Origin: Candidatus Gottesmanbacteria bacterium | GTDB taxonomy: Bacteria > Patescibacteriota > Microgenomatia > UBA10105 > UBA927 | Reading direction: 5' to 3' | DNA length: 64,000 nt | Assembly (NCBI GenBank): GCA_030679255.1 | Contig: JAUXTO010000030.1 | Span: 3,420 to 67,419, forward strand | Shown here: positions 59,489 to 64,000 of the stretch, in pieces | Position numbering within the stretch: position 1 is the first letter of the stretch | Layout of the letters: each line of letters begins with the position of its first letter | Notes under the pieces: model-generated | Databases searched by the model: none | Told to the model about the DNA's origin: nothing | The model's input: the letters and a program-made list of their open reading frames with translations, nothing else | Program-made: the position numbers and the translations under genes

Positions 59489-60409
59489 ATGACCCTCGGT
59501 ATCAAAGTCGGCGTCCAAAAACAAAGCTTCGTGGATCTCACCCAAACGAACGCTCCGTTTGCTGAGGTCTGGTTCAATGTCTCACAGGCAGATGAGTATT
59601 CAGCACTCTTTGACGAGCTAAAACGACGTCATATGCAGGTAGGACTCCATTTCTGGGGAGCGCTCTCAGACGGCACTTGGACCAATATCGCATATCCGGA
59701 TACGGATCTTATCAATGAGTCCCTTTCCATGATCAAAAAAACCATCGATATGGCAGCCCGTCACAAATTTCAGTATGTCAATATCCATCCCGGATGCGCC
59801 GCCCGCGTGGGTATTGATTTTGAAAAAACCCGGATGGATTTACGCAGCGCGCCTATTCCGTTTGAGCAATCGATCCCATTATTTGTAGAAAACGCGCAAA
59901 CACTGCACGAATATGCACAAGCCCGTGGTATTATTTTTACTGTAGAAACGCTCCCGGCGCGCGTAGTGAAAGGTTGGTATGACCATGCGGCACGAGCTAA
60001 TCCCACGATGATCATGAATGTCTATGAACTACCCATAGCTGCCCTTGAGGCGGCCGCGGGAGCCGGACTTTGGATTGCCAATGATTTTGGCCATACCGCA
60101 GCGATCCCATCCGATAATCCCAGAGATCTCTGGACGTATCTCAAGGAAAAAACAGTCAACCTCTCTCCACAGACCCGGCTCATCCATTTGGGATTTGTCA
60201 CGCCGCCGTGGAACGGCACCGATATCCATAATATGTTGGATCCGAAATTATTGAATTCTGATGATGCGATGCCGAATAAACTTCAGATGATTGAACTTCT
60301 GAAACTCTTTAAAAATAGGGACGATATCTGGATACTCACCGAACCCAATGGCGGGCATACGGAGAACTACTTTTTAGCTCAAAAAATCCTCGCCGAAGCC
60401 CTAGAATAA
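59489..60409 (+). CDS. sugar phosphate isomerase/epimerase (xylose isomerase-like TIM barrel) family protein
   Basis: About 300 aa with a central HPG and metal-ligand-like E/D/H spacing typical of the AP endonuclease 2 / TIM-barrel family. Family-level call. Confidence 0.45.
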   Translation: MTLGIKVGVQKQSFVDLTQTNAPFAEVWFNVSQADEYSALFDELKRRHMQVGLHFWGALSDGTWTNIAYPDTDLINESLSMIKKTIDMAARHKFQYVNIHPGCAARVGIDFEKTRMDLRSAPIPFEQSIPLFVENAQTLHEYAQARGIIFTVETLPARVVKGWYDHAARANPTMIMNVYELPIAALEAAAGAGLWIANDFGHTAAIPSDNPRDLWTYLKEKTVNLSPQTRLIHLGFVTPPWNGTDIHNMLDPKLLNSDDAMPNKLQMIELLKLFKNRDDIWILTEPNGGHTENYFLAQKILAEALE

Positions 60410-60498
60410 CCATTGCTATTTTAGCTTCAAATTCAAGCCCCTGTATTGCCCTAAGAAGGGTTTATAGGGATGAAGTGATGAATATATACACGGAACAA

Positions 60499-61029
60499 TT
60501 ATTTTCTATGAAACTTCTCAAACACTGCACGATTTCTTGATACGGATTCTTGCCGCCACTGGTAATAAAGATCACCACGGGAAAATATATGTAACACAAG
60601 ATTTGTCTCATCGGCAAACGGATATGAAATATTACCAATCCATAAAATCTTTGGTTCATCGAGAAAAATTGATACACATGACGGATCAGTCGTCCCGCAT
60701 TCAATAATATATTGACCATTTGCTGACCGTATATCCGGATGAAGACCAATAAAATACGTCTCACTCAAGGCCTCAGCCTGATATGTTTTATATAAATAAT
60801 CGCATGCAACCTGTTTGAGCGCCATGTGACCTTTTTCCTGCGGTCCTAAACCATCAACGGAAACAATAGAATCACAAATCGCTCTATAGGTATCCTTGGT
60901 AATCATCGGCTCTGATCGATAGACCACCGCGCCACGATCTAAAGCGATAAGGAGCCCATCAAGCACATCCCATGCTGTAGCCGCAGGATAGCCGGAGTAA
61001 AAAACATTTTGTAGTTCCTCCGATGTCAT
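60499..61029 (-). CDS. hypothetical protein
   Basis: 176 aa with no recognised motif. Overlaps the upstream recombinase gene by 4 bp, so probably co-transcribed. Confidence 0.4.
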   Translation of the reverse strand: MTSEELQNVFYSGYPAATAWDVLDGLLIALDRGAVVYRSEPMITKDTYRAICDSIVSVDGLGPQEKGHMALKQVACDYLYKTYQAEALSETYFIGLHPDIRSANGQYIIECGTTDPSCVSIFLDEPKILWIGNISYPFADETNLVLHIFSRGDLYYQWRQESVSRNRAVFEKFHRK

Positions 61030-62045
61030 CGTGGTACATCCTTCAGCGGATGAAACTTGTGATGCGTCTCCTCGGCATACCGATCCGACGCATGGACATA
61101 CCGGGTCGTCGTATCAAGCGATTCATGACCCAAAAGAATTTGAATGGCAGCTGGATTGGCGCCTGCTTCCGCCAAATATGTAGCAAAACCATGCCGGAGG
61201 GCATGCGCGCTCACGGGAACATTGATATGCAACTGTAATCTATACCACTTCAGGCGCTCCTGAAAATAATTATTTGAAATATGCTGCTTAATCGATAATC
61301 TTCCGCGGCCTCGGTATGCAATAAAAAGAGCAGGAATCCGATCATGACGAATACGAAGATACGCATCAAGATGCGCTTTAGCGCGCTCGGTCAAATAAAC
61401 AAACCGTTCTTTTTTACCTTTTCCAAGGATAAAAATTTTTCCGCTGTCATCTATTTGTTCACGCAGAAGGTTCGTAAGCTCCGATATACGCATCCCCGTG
61501 GCAAATAACAACTCAAGCATGGCTCGATTTCGTAATTTCACCCGAGGATCCTTTTCTAAACGCAACGGCGCTTCAATAAACCGGATAAGTTCAGAAAGTT
61601 CAGCCACCTTGGGATGCCTATGTACCGTTTTGACCAACTTTACGACTTCCGGAGGTATGGGAATTTTGTGATCCATGTCAATAAGAAACGTCAAATACCT
61701 CCGTAGCGTCGATAGCATGCGGTTGATGCTGGTTCCGGATAGCTCTCTTGTATTTTTCAGGCCTTCTACGGGCGTTATGCGGTCCACTGAAGATAGGTAC
61801 GCTTTGTAGTATTCAAGTGTCTTTTTATCAATCGCGTCAAAGGCAATATTTGCATCGGCAAGAAACCCAGCGAAGGTCATAAGATCCCGTTCATAATTAT
61901 AGACGGTTTCGGCTGAATAGCGGTTACTCTTCAGAAAGAGGAGAAAGTCGTCCAGAAGCGGAAGTGTTTCCTTACTGATTGTTTTTGCTTGCCCAACAGG
62001 GGATTGTATCGGAGATTGAATTGGAGCATCATTTGTCGTATTCAT
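61026..62045 (-). CDS. site-specific tyrosine recombinase XerC/XerD family
   Basis: HALRHGFATYLAEAGANPAAIQILLGHESLDTTTRYVHA catalytic region, plus an N-terminal SAM-like core-binding domain. Confidence 0.85.
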   Translation of the reverse strand: MNTTNDAPIQSPIQSPVGQAKTISKETLPLLDDFLLFLKSNRYSAETVYNYERDLMTFAGFLADANIAFDAIDKKTLEYYKAYLSSVDRITPVEGLKNTRELSGTSINRMLSTLRRYLTFLIDMDHKIPIPPEVVKLVKTVHRHPKVAELSELIRFIEAPLRLEKDPRVKLRNRAMLELLFATGMRISELTNLLREQIDDSGKIFILGKGKKERFVYLTERAKAHLDAYLRIRHDRIPALFIAYRGRGRLSIKQHISNNYFQERLKWYRLQLHINVPVSAHALRHGFATYLAEAGANPAAIQILLGHESLDTTTRYVHASDRYAEETHHKFHPLKDVPR

Positions 62046-62750
62046 ATCGAGTGTAAGGGATATTATACTCGATAATAAAACTCATTCCTTCCTATGTCAA
62101 TACGTCAAAATCCATTGGCTACGGGAGTAAACCAATCCGAAAACGAAACTTTTTAAGAATCATCAAAAGCAGAGGACGGAAGATCACCGATCTGGAATCA
62201 GCGAATAATGCTCCTCATAGCAGCCTGAACGCCTTTTATCGTCTTTAAAGCATTCCATACTGTGTGAGCTTCGTATTACGAACCCCTCTTTCGGGTGTTT
62301 TATTGGTCACTAAATATAGAGCGTAATAACGCGCCAAACTAGTAGTTGTGAGGCTAAGTACAGAACAACCAACACTCCTCGAGAAGCGTGTATACGTCGA
62401 TTCGGTTTTATTTAGATTGTTCTTATGCGCTAAACATGAATATTTGAGGCTAATTTCCCACGGAGATCACTGTGTGCTAGATTACTTGTAGAGCGTAGTA
62501 ACAAGCTAAACGATCAATTCACCGCATACAAAGTGTGTTCAATCGACGAGCGGGAGGTAGCAGTCCTGTTCTATCGCCTGCTAGGCTTGGACTCCCGAGC
62601 GCACACGCTTGTGAAAAGTAGCTCTGGATGTCGTGAAATTATTTATCCACACAGGCCTATAATTATATAATTATATATATTCAGCCTCATGGATACGGTA
62701 TCAAACTATATCAGTTCGACTCCGCTCACTACAGGCACCCCACTCCCCCT

Positions 62751-63575
62751 CTATACAAACCCCCGCCACTTTGTGGCTACCAACAAGATTATGAAAACAA
62801 TTGCGGCGACCGATCCGAACTCTATCGCGGTCTTTTTATACAGTTTATCCTCAAGATACTGTTGCGCCATACCGACAGCGCAATACGTACAGGTAGTGAG
62901 AAATAACACGACTAAAGCTTGTTGTACGGGCCAAAATGCTAATATCCAGGCAAGTTCTCCTAAAACGATAGCAACACACCCACTGATCTGCCACACTCGC
63001 CTACTCACGCGCGGCTCGAGCGTAACCGACCACAAGGACTGTACGACTAATACGAAAGTCACTATCCCTACGGCCAGAGCATTCAAACCCACGGATAAAC
63101 GGAATGATAGAACGGTCGATACGAGAAGAAAATAGGTGATCAAAGTCAAAAGAAATCCGACAGAATGTGCAGCGCGCAGGAGCGCAATAGAACGCTCAGC
63201 GGCTACATTATAAATATTTTCTGTCAAGATAAGCGCGTACATGCCGACCGCGTAAAGAGCCGCAACCGGGAGGCGGGTCAGCCAACGCACCGGCAACAAA
63301 AAATAGAAAAGCAGCACCGCAGCAGTAAAAAGCGTGGGGAGAGTGAGCAAGGTAAGCCATTCGGCGCCCCGAAGGTCTTCCCGTAACCCAAAAGCGCAAA
63401 GAAAATAGGTGGCAATACTAAAGGTGACTACCAATGGATAGCGTAGTTCCCCAGAGACGACTTGGGTCACCATAAGTCCCACGGTTAGGAGGAGGGTGAT
63501 GGCCACAAACTGCTGGCGCTTCGAGAGCGAAATTTTTCTTTCCCAACGATGAAAATATTTCCGGAAATAATGCAT
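62751..63575 (-). CDS. polytopic membrane protein, hypothetical
   Basis: 274 aa with about 8 hydrophobic helices and no motif recognised. Confidence 0.45.
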   Translation of the reverse strand: MHYFRKYFHRWERKISLSKRQQFVAITLLLTVGLMVTQVVSGELRYPLVVTFSIATYFLCAFGLREDLRGAEWLTLLTLPTLFTAAVLLFYFLLPVRWLTRLPVAALYAVGMYALILTENIYNVAAERSIALLRAAHSVGFLLTLITYFLLVSTVLSFRLSVGLNALAVGIVTFVLVVQSLWSVTLEPRVSRRVWQISGCVAIVLGELAWILAFWPVQQALVVLFLTTCTYCAVGMAQQYLEDKLYKKTAIEFGSVAAIVFIILLVATKWRGFV

Positions 63576-63578
63576 ATC

Positions 63579-64000
63579 TTACTCTTCCACATTCGTAAAT
63601 ACGCGCTGCACATCATCCGAATCTTCGAGTGTACCCACAAGCCGCTCAAGTATCGCTTTCTCATGGCCTTCCAAGGGCATCGTCGTTTTTGGCTGGTAGA
63701 CCACATCGGCATGGGCAGCCATAACACCTTTTTCCTCTAATGCACTTTTCACGGAAAAAAGTGAGGAGACCTCGGTAAAAAGTACATACCCATCTGCCTC
63801 CTCGATACAATCGCGGGCTCCCGCATTGATGGCCACCTCAAGCAGGGTATCATAGACAATCCCCTCTTTGGAAACGACAAGGATACCGACAGAGTCAAAT
63901 ATATAGTGTACCGAACCCGGAGGCCCCAAATGGCCTTCATGTTTCTCTAATATATTTCTGATCACCGAAACGGTCCGTTGACGGTTATCCGTCACCGCTT
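63579..64000 (-). CDS. YebC/PmpR-family transcriptional regulator (partial, N-terminus beyond window end)
   Basis: The C-terminal two-thirds matches YebC: VIRNILEKHEGHLG...GSVHYIF...DVQRVFTNVE. Confidence 0.75.
   Translation of the reverse strand, partial: AVTDNRQRTVSVIRNILEKHEGHLGPPGSVHYIFDSVGILVVSKEGIVYDTLLEVAINAGARDCIEEADGYVLFTEVSSLFSVKSALEEKGVMAAHADVVYQPKTTMPLEGHEKAILERLVGTLEDSDDVQRVFTNVEE

Noticed and set aside
62050-62690. RNase P, tmRNA or rRNA fragment in the 650-bp noncoding tract upstream of the second recombinase.
   Set aside because: No conserved motifs found. Only partial resemblance (acagaacaacc). Reported only as a repeat-containing noncoding tract.
62689-63135. Plus-strand ORF 62689..63135.
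   Set aside because: It overlaps the better-supported minus-strand polytopic membrane protein. Low-complexity Thr/Cys-rich translation.

Overview
This 64-kb window looks like a compact, gene-dense genome of a Patescibacteria/CPR-type bacterium, judged by gene content and organisation. About 50 kb is housekeeping, mostly on the + strand: dnaX, ybaB, ahcY, thrS-infC-rpmI-rplT, an AlaX-like/pheS fusion plus pheT, tyrS, recG, rpmF-nusB-rnc-rpsP-KH-trmD, gyrB-ppa-gyrA, folD, a P-type ATPase plus a Ca/Na exchanger, and two Xer-type recombinases. A 15-kb minus-strand type IV pilus locus runs pilB-pilT-pilC-pilin ... pilD, five pilin-like genes, pilM-pilN-pilO. Two large glycosyltransferase-like membrane proteins sit inside it. 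There is one tRNA-Tyr and no rRNA or CRISPR. The most striking content is the density of small palindromic repeat families, at least five. Two of them are each associated with a REP-associated tyrosine transposase (RAYT/IS200-like HUH) gene. Three of them sit in frame inside essential genes (recG, pheS, pheT, dnaX, gyrB, pilD, holB, a PfkB kinase), and even inside the RAYT genes themselves at homologous positions. The pattern resembles Rickettsia palindromic elements. The window also contains in-frame heptamer and nonamer micro-tandem repeats, two paralogous KDDL-repeat small proteins, and candidate ncRNA regions.
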